A DNA stretch of 64,000 nucleotides from assembly GCA_051362555.1 (NCBI GenBank), contig CM120640.1, positions 39,410,788 through 39,474,787 of the forward strand. The letters are read 5' to 3'. Source of the stretch: Lingula anatina (lineage: Eukaryota; Animalia; Brachiopoda). A program made the translations under genes and the position numbers. Shown here in pieces: positions 14,701 to 27,000 of this stretch. The notes under the pieces were generated by a model, which was not told the DNA's origin, made no database searches, and saw nothing but the letters and a program-made list of their open reading frames with translations. Every line of letters starts with the position of its first letter. Within the stretch, counting starts at the first letter, position 1.

Positions 14701-16665
14701 ACTGAAGCAGAACACTTTACAGCCTATAATTTAATATAAAATTTTTCTTCTGATGACAAGAACCAAGGGTGGCAGTGATCGTGGCATACTTTGACAAAAT
14801 TATATCAGCCCTTTGGACTCAACTTTATGCCATTTTGTATCAGAATAATCTGTCCCTGATATAAATTAAGTGATAACTTTAGTACTAATAATTACTTACA
14901 TCAATTTGCTGTTTTCAGACATCGTTTTACTGGCATTTGGATCGCAAACCATATTACCCAGAATACCAACACAAATTTCCTAGAAAAAAGGGAAGATTGT
15001 TAAACAATTCCACAAAATATAAAAGATTGCATTATTGATCAGTCTTTACTCATTACTCTTTAAGTTAATCAGAGAAAACCGTTTTCAAAAGATCTTACTG
15101 CTTCACTTTTAATAAATTACTCCATATTTTTTCTTCAATTTTTTTTTATCAACAAAAATAATTAAAATAAATCTTACTGTGATCCTTGGTGCCTTACTTT
15201 TGGCTATAGCACCAGTAAGAATTTCTATTGCCTTGAACTCCATCAGGAACTTCACCACTTCCTGAAAAATCAGCAGAAAAATTTATAACTATTTACAACT
15301 TAAGTACACATGTGTTTATATAATTTATATTTTAATATCAGCAAGGTATTACAAAATGCAACATCCTACTTCATCACAATGTTGTGTCGGATATTTTAAT
15401 ATCTTTATATGTTATTCATCGTCTAAAACAGACAATGGGTGCAAAATCTTGTCCATACTGCATACCATGTCCATGGACATGTCCCACAGTTTACACAGTT
15501 CATCTTGCAAATTTTCATCTATATCAGCTCCAAGTTCTGTCTCTTGCTCTTGATCTTTATTTTCTTCATGTTTGTCTACTTCCTAAAAGAAAGAGAGTGC
15601 ATAAAATATACCAAAATTAATAGGCTTGTCTTACTAATTTTATGTGAGTAAACAAAAAAATAAAATAAAATAATAATTATAATAAAATAAATAAATAAAA
15701 ATAAAAATAATATATTATTATTAGGGGCTCATAAAATTTCCTTTATCAAAATAAACAAATTAACAAAAAAGACATGCTATATCACTGAGCAATCACTATC
15801 TTCTGCTTATTTTAATCATTGTCTTCAATCTTAAAAAAAAAAATACCTGTATAAGTTTCATGAGAGTAGCGAAGAGCCAGTGTTTGCTATATACAGTATT
15901 TCCAATGTTGTCTGCAGTGAATATTTCTGCATTTTCTTCAGTTAACTCCCGAGGTGGGGAAGGATTCCATGCTGCAAAAAGTTCATTAATAAAATTCAAA
16001 ACTGTCTTATAATGGGCATATATAACACTTATATAAAACTGAAGCAATCATTAGTTGCTTCATCAGGATAATAATGCAAAGGTTAAAGTAATATACTTAT
16101 ATAATAATTGATATATAATTGATAACAGATAAATGTTATCACGGGAACATTCAGTAACCCTTAAATTGTTTTAATTCCATTCAGTGCCAAGGACATTGCA
16201 CTTGCTGTCGATGATAATAGGTCATTTCTATGCACACCTCCACTGATATTTTTATCCTGCTACTACCACATCATGGACATGTTTGTTGTATACAGTTACA
16301 ATTGTTTGAGCAATGTAGATGTACATTGGTATAAAGTTTAACAATCTTAAAACATTTATTTATTCAAATTTCTGAACCACGACTTCAATGGGAGAATATG
16401 AGCAGCATGTTTAACCTACATGAAGGGTCAAATTTTTTTTTTACACTTGACAACAAATGCACCTCCAACCCCATCCCACCTTAGTCAAACAGGTAACCCC
16501 CACCCTGACTGAGCGTGAAGTGTTACATGTATAAACTATAAACCGAACAGCTAATTAAGTTTCTTGCAAAAAAAATCATAAGCTAAATCGCATATGCAAA
16601 GAGGAAAAGCTGTTCTGGATGTTCTCACAAATGCAGTTTTGTCTGTGGTACTTACTTTCTCCCAT
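11798..16665 (-). CDS. SAAL1: Protein SAAL1 (serum amyloid A-like 1), multi-exon
   Basis: Spliced N-terminus MGETWNPSPP...[14 protein letters not shown], then [19 protein letters not shown] and [10 protein letters not shown], matching recalled vertebrate SAAL1 motifs. First coding exon 16656-16665, last exon ends at the stop at 11798. Confidence 0.9.
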
Positions 16666-17150
16666 TTTAAAGCTGATGCGTACTTTGAAGCATCACTTAT
16701 CAAAGCATAACGGCGTTGCATTTACTTCAGCATGCTTCCTCCCGCCATATTGCCTTAATTTTTCACCGGCAACATAGATTTGCGCAGTTTATTGTTAATG
16801 ACTATCGCACCTGTCTCATCAAATTCAAAACTATAAATATCAAAAACATCTATAATGATATTTTCGTAATCAAAATTTCAAATATGACTATTTAAAGCGA
16901 AGAGTGAATAATGTAGATTTCAAAATATTAGACATGCCTGTGTTGACCTTGAGGGTCACGACACAATTATTGGCCAATCAAAGCTTCGTCTGACAGAAGT
17001 TGTAAACATACGATTTTGCGTAACATGTAAGAGTCTGGACAGAGCTGAGTTTTCCTGTGAGAAACGAAGAGCTGGATTCATGACTGAAAATTGTATTTTT
17101 AAAGTCATTTGAAAAGAGAAACAGGATATTATAGTTGGATCCTAGGGAAC
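16666..17150. promoter_or_regulatory. Bidirectional promoter SAAL1 / PNPLA2 copy B
   Basis: ATGs are 486 bp apart head-to-head and the region is locally CpG-richer. YY1-type CCGCCATATT 16742-16751, TGACCTTGA (NR5A/ERR-type) 16944-16952, ATTGGCCAAT double CCAAT ~16969-16978, GTAAACA forkhead motif 17002-17008. Confidence 0.65.
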
Positions 17151-20100
17151 ATGAACATCTCTTTCTCTGGGTGTGGATTTTTAGGCATATATCATGTAGG
17201 AGTTGCTAGCTGTTTTAGAGTACATGCGCCGCACTTGATATCTGACCCTGATTTCAAAGTGCTAGGCGCCAGCGCTGGGGCGTTAGCAGCAGTGTGCCTT
17301 GTAACAAATTGTCCATTAGGTAAGAAGCTTTACTAAATTTTAAAATAGATGCATTATTTGCTAGGATTATGCGAATGCTTCTAAAAGAGATTGAGGATAC
17401 ATGTACACTAGCAGAAGTTAAACGCCATGCAGTGTAACGTCCACACTTGTACACTGTATATCAGCAGCATGTAATTGTGACAGCCAGTTAGCAAACGTCA
17501 CTTGCTCCTATTTCAGTATTGGAAAAAATTAAGTTAAGTTTTAGTTACTTAAATTTGAATTGCATTAATAAACTAGACGACCGCCTATATTAAGCTAGCA
17601 TTTTTTTCTTCCCTTGCTTATTCTAAGATTTTAAGGACATATTCTGATTGGTTTCAGTAAATTTATATCTATGTTATTCCTGAATCAATGCCCATGCTGT
17701 GATTACTGTTTCTTTTTGTTTGTTTTTTAGGAGAAGTCACCAGCTACTGGTTACGGATTACATCAAAAGCTCGTGCCAGGGCACTGGGACCCTTACATCC
17801 TAGTTTTCACTTAGTCCGACTTCTGAAGGATGGCCTCAATACCATCCTCCCAGCTAATGCATATGAAATCTGCACCAATAAAGTATACATATCTATGACA
17901 AGGGTTTCTGATAGAGCCAATGTAACAGTGTCACAATTTGAATCAAATGAAGAATTGATAGAGGTAATAGTGATGCAGGTGTACTTTTACAAAATAATGT
18001 CCTATATATAACACTCAAATTTTGTGAAATACTGGCTAAAAAAGAAACAATTTTAATTTGCTTTAGCTATTCTGTGTAAAGAGTAATTTTTTGCCAAAAG
18101 AGATAACTGGCACCAAAAATCAAGTAACAGTAAAATATAAAATGTAAAGTATAAAATAATTGTTAAGATGGATTGATGATTGAAGGTTTGGAGAAATTTT
18201 GCTTGCTTTTGCAGTGAAAATGGAACAAAATGATGAGACATGATGATGTTGCATTATTTGTTGATGATATATGTGTTGATTATAGATTCTTTGTTTTTCC
18301 TCAGGCATTGCTTTGTAGTGCACACATTCCATTCTACTCTGGGTTGCTGCCTCCATCTTTCAAAGGAGTGGTGAGTAAAATTACTGTTTACAACACTAAA
18401 TTTTATTATCACACTTCAAATAAGTGAGATTAGTTATGATTATAATTTGTGAATATTTTAGTTTTTATAAAAGGTGACGAAAACTGGTCTTGTGCAAGTG
18501 TGATTTCAAGGTACTAGTTACAACATTATTTTAAAAAATTGAGTAAAAACTTTATCGGTGTGAATTAACTCATTAGTCAGTTGTCTTTTTAATCCCTACC
18601 TTAAAGTTTTAATAGGTTTTCTGTTTGTAGTGCCAATACTTACCATCACGGTTGACTTTTTTGAGTGAAAAAAAATTTATAATTGATACCCCCCCCCCCC
18701 CCTCCACTGACAACTATTACTGTACAGGGTCTACTACAATTTTTCCTGGAAGTTCAAAGTAAGCACTGAGTGCACTGTTCTGATAGCATTGTTTGCTCTC
18801 TGTTAGTTTAGATATCTTGGCATTTGTACAACATGTTCATTTGGACTTTGGACTTTTATTATTGGCTGTGGACTTTGGACCTAGTAAGGTTTATTTCAGG
18901 CCTGTGTAAAGTGCACTGAGAAATGCATGCAATGCATGTGCCAACTGATATAAATTTGATTAAAATATTTATTTATAATTATTCTTTCAATTATCATAGT
19001 CAGAATGTATATATATAGAGTTGACTGAAAATAGGATTAGTTTATATTTGTCACATGGTTCATAGAGAAAGGGGGTAGCTCATGGGATTTTGTGCACTGG
19101 AGTAGAACAGTGAAACCAACAGATTTGTAATGTTCAACTTTATTTTAAAAGCAATATTTGAAAACCCCATGTATTTTAAAAGCCCATGAAAAGCCTCTGT
19201 AAAAGAATTTTTTTTTTGTTTGTTTTGTTTTTGTTTTGCTTGGTTAATGCTGGCATTAAAATGTCCTATTCTTATTTTGCAGAGGTATGTGGATGGTGTT
19301 CTCACTGATAACTTACCCGTATTTGATGAAAACACAGTGACAGTGTCTCCATTTTGTGGTGAAACAGATATCTGTCCAGATGACAACTCTGCCAATTTCC
19401 TCCATATAAACCTGGCCAACACCAGCTTGCAGTGCTCATCTAACAATTTGTACAGGATTTCACGCTCCCTCTTCCCACCTCACCCAGAGGTCTTAAGTGA
19501 AATGTGCAGGCAAGGTTTTGATGATGCTCTGAAGTATTTGCAAAGAAATGGTAAGTATAGGTGTGTCCCATTGATAAAATCCACAACTATTTAAATTTTC
19601 CTGTTGAAAAAAAAAAAAAGAATACTTTGTTAAGTTTGTCCAGTACCTAAGTGCATTCAAGATTTTCATATATTTTTGGTATAAAGACTAGCATTTTTAA
19701 ACTATACAGAAAACTTTTTCTTAATTAAATTAATTGATATTAAGCTGTTTGGTATTGTCAAATGCCCATTTTGTTCACAGAAAGAGTAATATATTTTTTC
19801 CAGCATTGATCAGCTGTGTGCGTCACTTCAGCATAAAGTCAAGTATATCTCAGTGTCCAGCAGGGAGTGAGAGTACATCCACCAGTGACTATGACAGTGA
19901 AAGTGACCATGATGACCATGACCCAGACACATGCCATGAATGCAAGAAAAAGGTCCAGGTGGCTCTATTAGACAGCCTCCCCCCTCCCGTTGTTGGAGGT
20001 TAGATTTAGAACTATATCAGATTTGAATACTGTAACAACCATTAAGGTTGTTAAGAATTTTCTACCATTTAAATTTAAAGAAATAAATAAAGAAAATCAT

Positions 20101-22413
20101 TATTCAGAATATAGTGTAAACACAACAAAACAGACATTTTGGAAATTCTTGTATTCACCAAAGGGAATTTGTAAATAAAAACAATATATTTTGATTCAGT
20201 AAGATCTTTTACTTTCAATTTCAGCCCTACAAGCAGCCTGTGATTCTGTGAACAGTAACTTATATACAAGGTTAACCAATAGAAAGTGCTTCCGCCTTCT
20301 GTCTCTTGTGACTTCTCCACTTCTGTTGCCAGTAGACGTAGTATATAATTATACGTTCAGGTCAGTAATGAACAGAAGACAAATCTGCCATGTTGTTATA
20401 CTCTTGCTTCTTGCAAAATATCTAGATATCTTGACAAATGTACTTTGATGTTAGTAAATTTTTTATGGAAGTTAATGCAGCAGTAGCTGCCATGTTAAAA
20501 ATTCTTTGATTCACTGATCACTTTTGTTGAATTGGCATATTTTAAGTTCATCTTGGCATACCAAAAGGTGACTTATTATTTGCACAATATATCATGTTGC
20601 ATTCTATGCTAATAGTCACTTAAAATGTCCTCAAGCAGTGATGATCTCGAAAGCAAAGGTTAGCTGGCTACATATTACCATAATTGATGAGTTATGTTTG
20701 TAAACATGAGATAAGAGTTCATGAAACTCACTAAATTCTTTGTAAACAAGATATAAGGACATCAAGTTTCCAAAGTTGATGGTGTACGTGTTTCAAAATA
20801 ATGATCAAAGGCTGGGAGTAAGTTAATTTTTTATGCCAATACAGTTTAACTACCCTACAAACCTCTATAAATGATTATGAATAAAATGTGAATGCTAAAA
20901 GTACTAAGTTCAACAAATTACATGTGGTTTATTAAACACGTGGGACCTGTCAGCAGATATTTTTCTGTTGGCAGGTTCTCGTGTTAAGGAATCTTTTTGT
21001 ACAGAGTCAGGTTTGACAGTACAAATGGAAATCTTTCTTTGGCATATAATCTGTAAATCAATATCATAATATAACTTCTATCTGCTATTTGGACTCTGAA
21101 AAGCCACGTGGAAATTGTAAAATCTTATTGCACTCCCCTTTGCAAACAAGCTTCAGTGACAAGATTAGCATGTAAGATAACAACTTTCCTTACATTATAC
21201 ACATATTGGTATATCTCTTGAAATTTGGTGGAAATTTGGTGAAATTTTTTTTTTTTTTTTTTTTTGGGGGGGGGGTCACCCTGTACATGTGATGTAAAAT
21301 TTTATTTGAATTTGAATTCTTCTAAAGGATAATGTAATGGTTTTATGATACTGTACTGGACTGTTTTTTGTTTTCTTTTAAAGGATCTTAGAATGGATGC
21401 CTTACATCCCGTCAGATATGAGATGGGCTGTAAAAGAAATTATGTGGATCATCCATTGGATAAAAAGAAAAGTTGAACATCACCACCAACAGTACATGGC
21501 TAGGTAGGTGCTACTTTAATAAATATGTAAAAAGTTGGTGATATTGCAGATAAAATGTACTGCTCTCAACCTTGTTTTAAGAGATTACTGCAAATTCACT
21601 GCTATTATTAGTATGCCCCTACACCTCCTGATTCAGATACTGGTTGTGACATTCCCCTTACCTCTGACACTCAAAGTTTCTGCTCACAGATTCGAGCATC
21701 ATTTCAGGGGTAGGCTAAAAGAGGATTTTAGAATAAGTGCCTGTTTAATCATACTTATGTTTCTATTTGTTTGTTTATTTAAAAAGACCCCTCTTTGTGA
21801 CTTTTCTAGTCAAATTGCATGTTATGTTTGGAAATTTACAAATTTATGTTTATTCTTTGTTTACAGATACACCTGCCAGGTGGCTATAAATGATGCATAT
21901 GCTAGTGAGGAGCCTGGCTTTATACCTGACATACAGGGTGATTTGGCAACATACACCACATCAACGTACTTTGAAAAGTGGCAGAAATGTGGTGAAAGTG
22001 GGATTGATTCTCCTAAAGATATCATACCATTAGCCAAATATGATCCTCTTTCTAAGACGATCAGTCGAGTCAGTCAAATGCGCCACATGCTAGAAGAGGA
22101 TTGTCACAATCCCATAGAAGTCCATGCTAGAAACCCACACAGGGATTTTCATGGAGAAATTTCCACAGGGCCACCAATAGGTGGCAGCACCATAGATGAA
22201 ATGTGTGAACAGCTGGTGGATACCTTCGAACACTGTCTTCATGAAGCCAACCAGCAGGAAGCAGTGTTGGCTTATTATTACTTAGATGAAAACGAGAAGC
22301 TGAAGGTTACTGAAATATTCAGCATGCCAGCTGATTTTTCTGACACAGGCATTACAGAAGGACAGGAATCCAAAGATGTTGCAAGAGCTATGTCCCTCCC
22401 AAGTAGCCCATAA
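17151..22413 (+). CDS. PNPLA2: Patatin-like phospholipase / ATGL (PNPLA2-like), copy B; 8 exons: 17151-17319, 17731-17963, 18305-18370, 19283-19550, 19804-19998, 20225-20360, 21384-21503, 21867-22413 (~577 aa)
   Basis: [35 protein letters not shown]. Exon lengths and phases are identical to copy A except exons 5 and 8; 1734 nt in frame. Confidence 0.93.
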
Positions 22414-23712
22414 AATTGAACAGTGCTGTTAAATGTATGATTTATAATTTGGTATTTTACACAGTTCTCAAAATTGTCTGGGACTTGCAGGACCAAGGCC
22501 AGCAATTTTTTTTGCAGGACAAAATTTTTTCTAACTACACCAACATCTGTTAATAATAATATCTGTATGTATTTATTTCATTATTTGACAATATGTTCTT
22601 TTGAATTTGCCAGGTAGAATGTTTTCAATCTCAGGGCTCTGGCATGTATGACATACTGCTGGTATATGGTGCCAACTTTATTTAATCTCACGTTTTATTG
22701 GCTTGAGTGTTTTATAATTACATTTAATTTAATTTATTATTCATAGATTATTGTAAATAATGTTAGTGATCACAGGCAGATTGGAGGGGGTTGGGGTGAG
22801 GGAGTGTTTGCATGCAGACATGAGAGATTGGCAGGTATGAACTGTCATCTGCCTTCACTCCTGTAAAATCTTGGAATTTGCTGTCATAGTTACATTTAGA
22901 TCTAGCTGTTATTTATTGTGATGTAATATGTTAATACTTATCTAATCTAAACAAAGCTTTGTCTTTTAGCTTTATCTCTAATCCTTATTTTCACGTTTTA
23001 ACAGAGGATGATTGTCAGCGTTTATTAATTTATTATTTGTTATCTTCTAAGATATTAGAAAATATTTATAAAAGAATAAATTTCCAATTTATAGGACTTG
23101 TTTTCCTTCATCTTTGTATTTTGAGCTTATGTGGCATGTTCTCATATCTCAAAGGCACATACCATGGGATTAACAAAAGAAAATACAAGAAATGCATGCT
23201 TCCACTGACTTGTTTTTGGCAATATAAAAAAACTGCTGAATTTAAATATGGCAGTCGGAAAGCCCAACTACAAAAAGATGATGCTAAGATTTTTTTATGA
23301 TGTGAAAATTCAGCAGATTATGCTATATGATAAATTGTGAAAAAAGTTTAAGAAAAGGAAAATTTCCTCTCTCAAGAAATGAGTCTGGGACATAATCTGG
23401 AGCATGCCATACAATTGCCTTTCTTGGTATTAAGGAATAGTCTATTTAAAATTTATATTAAAGTCTTCATAGTAAAGTGTTGGAAATAAACCCAAACACA
23501 CGTTCCAGGATTGGTAATAATTAGTTAGTGGAAGTTTAGGTTTGCTATACAGATGAAACCAACAAAAACACCTTGAAATGAAAGAATTTTGCAGATTTAT
23601 TTCAGTTTCATATCATCCAAGGACAGATGTCTACTTTCATTACTAAGAAGTCTGATTCTGGAGAAGGAAAAATGGATACCCTCTCTAATACTTGAAGATG
23701 CTACTTTCCTAG

Positions 23713-23991
23713 TGTAACATTATCTTCTTGTTTTTGGTAAATGTCATCAAAGTTCACAAGCTTCCATTAGTGGCATTCTTTGAATGACCCTTGGTCACCT
23801 ACAGATTACACTTGATGACAGTTCTCAGCCATTGTTAAAGTAAACAGGTGTTCCTCATACTTTTTAATGTACATGTATATACAAGCCTAGCACTTCATAA
23901 TAAACTTTCATAGAAGTCAGACGCATTGTTGTTGTCTCTCTCCTGAATAGAGTCCGGCACGTTGGACTCAGTAAAGAGCCATCATATTACA
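23713..23991 (+). repeat. 5' LTR (279 bp)
   Basis: TGTAACAT...ATATTACA, contains AATAAA. Differs from the 3' LTR only at 23910 (A/G) and 23956 (G/C). Confidence 0.97.
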
Positions 23992-24006
23992 TGGTGTCAG
24001 AAGTGG
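23992..24006 (+). promoter_or_regulatory. Primer-binding site complementary to the tRNA-Leu 3' end
   Basis: TGGTGTCAGAAGTGG directly after the 5' LTR is the complement of ...CCACTTCTGACACCA of tRNA-Leu. Confidence 0.85.
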
Positions 24007-24067
24007 TTGCCAGACATAGGCAACAGTGACGATCCGTGGCAGTTCTAACATTGTGTTAACTGTTAGC

Positions 24068-27000
24068 ATGGAACTCACTGGTATTCCAACACCTTCCATG
24101 GACTGGAGTGCGTCTAATCTTCCTGAACAGTGGAAAAAATTCCAGTCTTGTGGAACTCATTTTTAATGGGCCACTAAAGGAAAAGGAAGAGAAAGTGAAG
24201 GTGACTTATCTCTTGTTATGGATAGGAGACAAGGGGAGAGAAATAAAGTCAACTTGGACAAATCTGGACGAACCAGACAAGCTGCAGTCATATTATGACC
24301 GTTTTAAAGCCCATGTGCAGCCGAAACTGAATCCCATCTTCGCGCGGTTCAAGTTTAACAATGAAACTCAAGGTGCATCTACCGTTGAACAATTTATTAC
24401 TCGTTTGCGGACACTTGCTGTCGACTGTGCATACACAAATGCAGAAGAGATGATCCGAGACAGGATCGTATTTGGTACTTCATCAGAGAAAGTGAGGGAA
24501 AAACTCATAAATGAAGGTGACAAGCTGACACTCGACAAAGCCGTGCAGATAGCCCAGTCGTACGAGTATTCAATGGAACAACTCAAGACAATGGGGAAAG
24601 AGGTCAGCAGCATTAAGAAACAACCTCCACGTACAGGCAACTGGAGACATGTGAACAGACAGAAGAAACAGCAAAAGCAGGACAGACATGAGTGTGACAA
24701 TTGTGGCTACGAGCATGCCAAGACTGATAGATGTCCGGCTAAGGGTAAACAGTGTAATAACTGTAAGAAATTCAATCACTTTGCTAAAAAATGTCGCAAA
24801 AGTATTGCTAAAAAACATGTTAATGAGTTGCAAGCTTTGCCAGATCAGCCCGATTCTGATTCTGATTCAGATTCACAATTTATTGTAGATAGTATTGACA
24901 CGTCAGAGGGTTTAGATCAAGCATTTTGCCATGTAGAAATTGGTCCAGCAAAGATCAATGTTAAGTTTAAGATTGACACAGGTTCTCAAGTGAATATTTT
25001 ACCCAAGCATGTGTTTGACTCAATTGGTCATGTAGACGACCTGAAACCTCCTAGTCAGAAGCTTACTGCTTATAATGGTCACTCACTAAAAAACTTAGGG
25101 TCTGCAAATTTCACTTGTCAGTATAAGAAAAAGTCCATTGGCCTTCTGTTTCACGTCGTTGATACAGAATCTTCACCGATACTTGGTTTGAAAGCATGTA
25201 TGGACTTGTGCCTGATTAAGTTAGTGTATGCTTGCGATGTAGATGCTGATGTGAAGCGAGAGCTGGTCGGAAAAAGAGATTCTAGTAAACCCAGCCAAAA
25301 TCTGAACAAATCCGAGTTTGGTAAAGACCAAATATTGCATGAATACAAAGACGTATTCGAGGGTATAGGATTGTTCCCAGGTGAATGTGTAATTCACACT
25401 GATCCCGATGTAATTCCTGTTGTTCACCCCCCTCGCAAAGTGCCGCATGCACTTCATGAAAAGCTCAAAAATGAACTTGAGCGTATGGAGAAGCTTGACG
25501 TGATTTGTAAAGTCACAGAGCCCACAGAATGGGTAAATTCTCTAGTGATTGTTGAGAAGCCTGAATCAAGCTCAGGTAAGGTACGTGTGTGCCTGGATCC
25601 CAAAGACCTAAATAGAGCTATTTTGAGACCCCATTACCCCCCAAGAACATAAGAAGAAGTATTACCCCAGTTAGCAGGTGCTCAATACTTCAGTAAGTTG
25701 GATGCCAGGTCAGGGTATTGGACAATTAAACTATCCACAGAATCCTCATACCTTACGACGTTTAATACGCCATTTGGTAGATACAGATATCTGCGACTGC
25801 CTTTTGGTTTGAGATCGTCGCAGGATGAGTTTCAGAGAAGGGTAGACGAAAGTTTTGAGGGTCTAAACGGTGTAATAGCCTTAGTAGATGACATCATAGT
25901 GTTTGGAAAAAACAGAGAACAGCATGACCAAAATCTGCGTAATGTTTTACAAAGGTCACGTGAGTGTGGGATCAAACTCAACAGAGAAAAAATGGAAATC
26001 GGCGTGACTAAAGAAAAATATTTTGGTCACATTATCACATCAAAAGGCTTAGAGCCTGACCCGGAAAAGGTCAAAGCAATTAGGGAGATGAAAGCCCCGA
26101 CTAATAAGAAAGAGTTAGAGACTTTTCTGGGTATGGTGACATACCTAGCTAAATTTGCTCCCAACCTTTCAGAGATTACCAGCCCCCAAAAGACATGATT
26201 TTTCATTGGATCGATGAGCATGAGAAAGCTCTCAATGAAGTAAAAGAGGTAATCACAGCTGCCCCAAGTCCTACGTTAACGTATTTTGACCCCAGCCAGG
26301 TCACTACCTTACAGACTGATGCCTCTAAGTATGGTTTAGGTGCTGCACTGTTGCAGGATGGAAAACCCATAGCTTATGCATCCAAAGCTCTCAATACATC
26401 AGAAATCAACTATGCCCAAATAGAAAAAGAAATGTTTGGGATAGTTTTTGGGTGTAAGAGATTTCACCAATACGTTTATGGCCGTAAAGTAGTAGTGGAG
26501 ACAGACCACAAACCTTTAATTCCTATATTCAAGAAGCCCTTGAATACAGCCCCTCCACGCTTGCAGAGAATGCTGTTACAATTACAGCGATACGATCTGG
26601 AGGTAATTTACAAACCAGGTACACAGATACCGCTTGCAGACACATTGTCTCGCAATTTTGTAAAAGACACCTACCCAGAGCTCGCTAAAGGAATGGATGC
26701 ACACGTACATGCAGTGCTCTCAAAAATTCCTATTAGTGATAGAAAGTTAGACGAAATTCGTCAAGAAACTGAACAAACTGAACAGTTTCAGACTTTGCGC
26801 AAAACCGTTTTAAATGGTTGGCCTGTTAAAAGGAGTGATTGCCCCTCTGAGATTATAGAATTTTGGAATCACAGAGACGAATTGTCTTACATTGATGGCC
26901 TACTGCTCAAAGGTCAAAAGGTTATTGTACCCCAGAGACTAAGGGTGAAAATGCTGCATTCTTTACACACAGGTCACAAAGGAATAGAGAAATGCCAAAA

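Noticed and set aside
16135-16148. 14-mer GTTATCACGGGAAC identical to 58366-58379
   Set aside because: No flanking similarity; a single shared 14-mer is insufficient to infer a repeat family or shared regulation.
23595-23712. Possible extra terminal exon of PNPLA2 copy B (TTTCAG acceptor, ...KMDTLSNT*) near the LTR insertion
   Set aside because: Only trivial similarity to the copy A tail (DTL) and no convincing upstream donor. Unsupported without RNA data.
25640-25700. Programmed stop-codon readthrough or frameshifting in gag-pol
   Set aside because: The TAA lies inside RT (probably TTA to TAA), not at the gag-pol junction, and the other shifts fall inside domains. These are lesions or errors.
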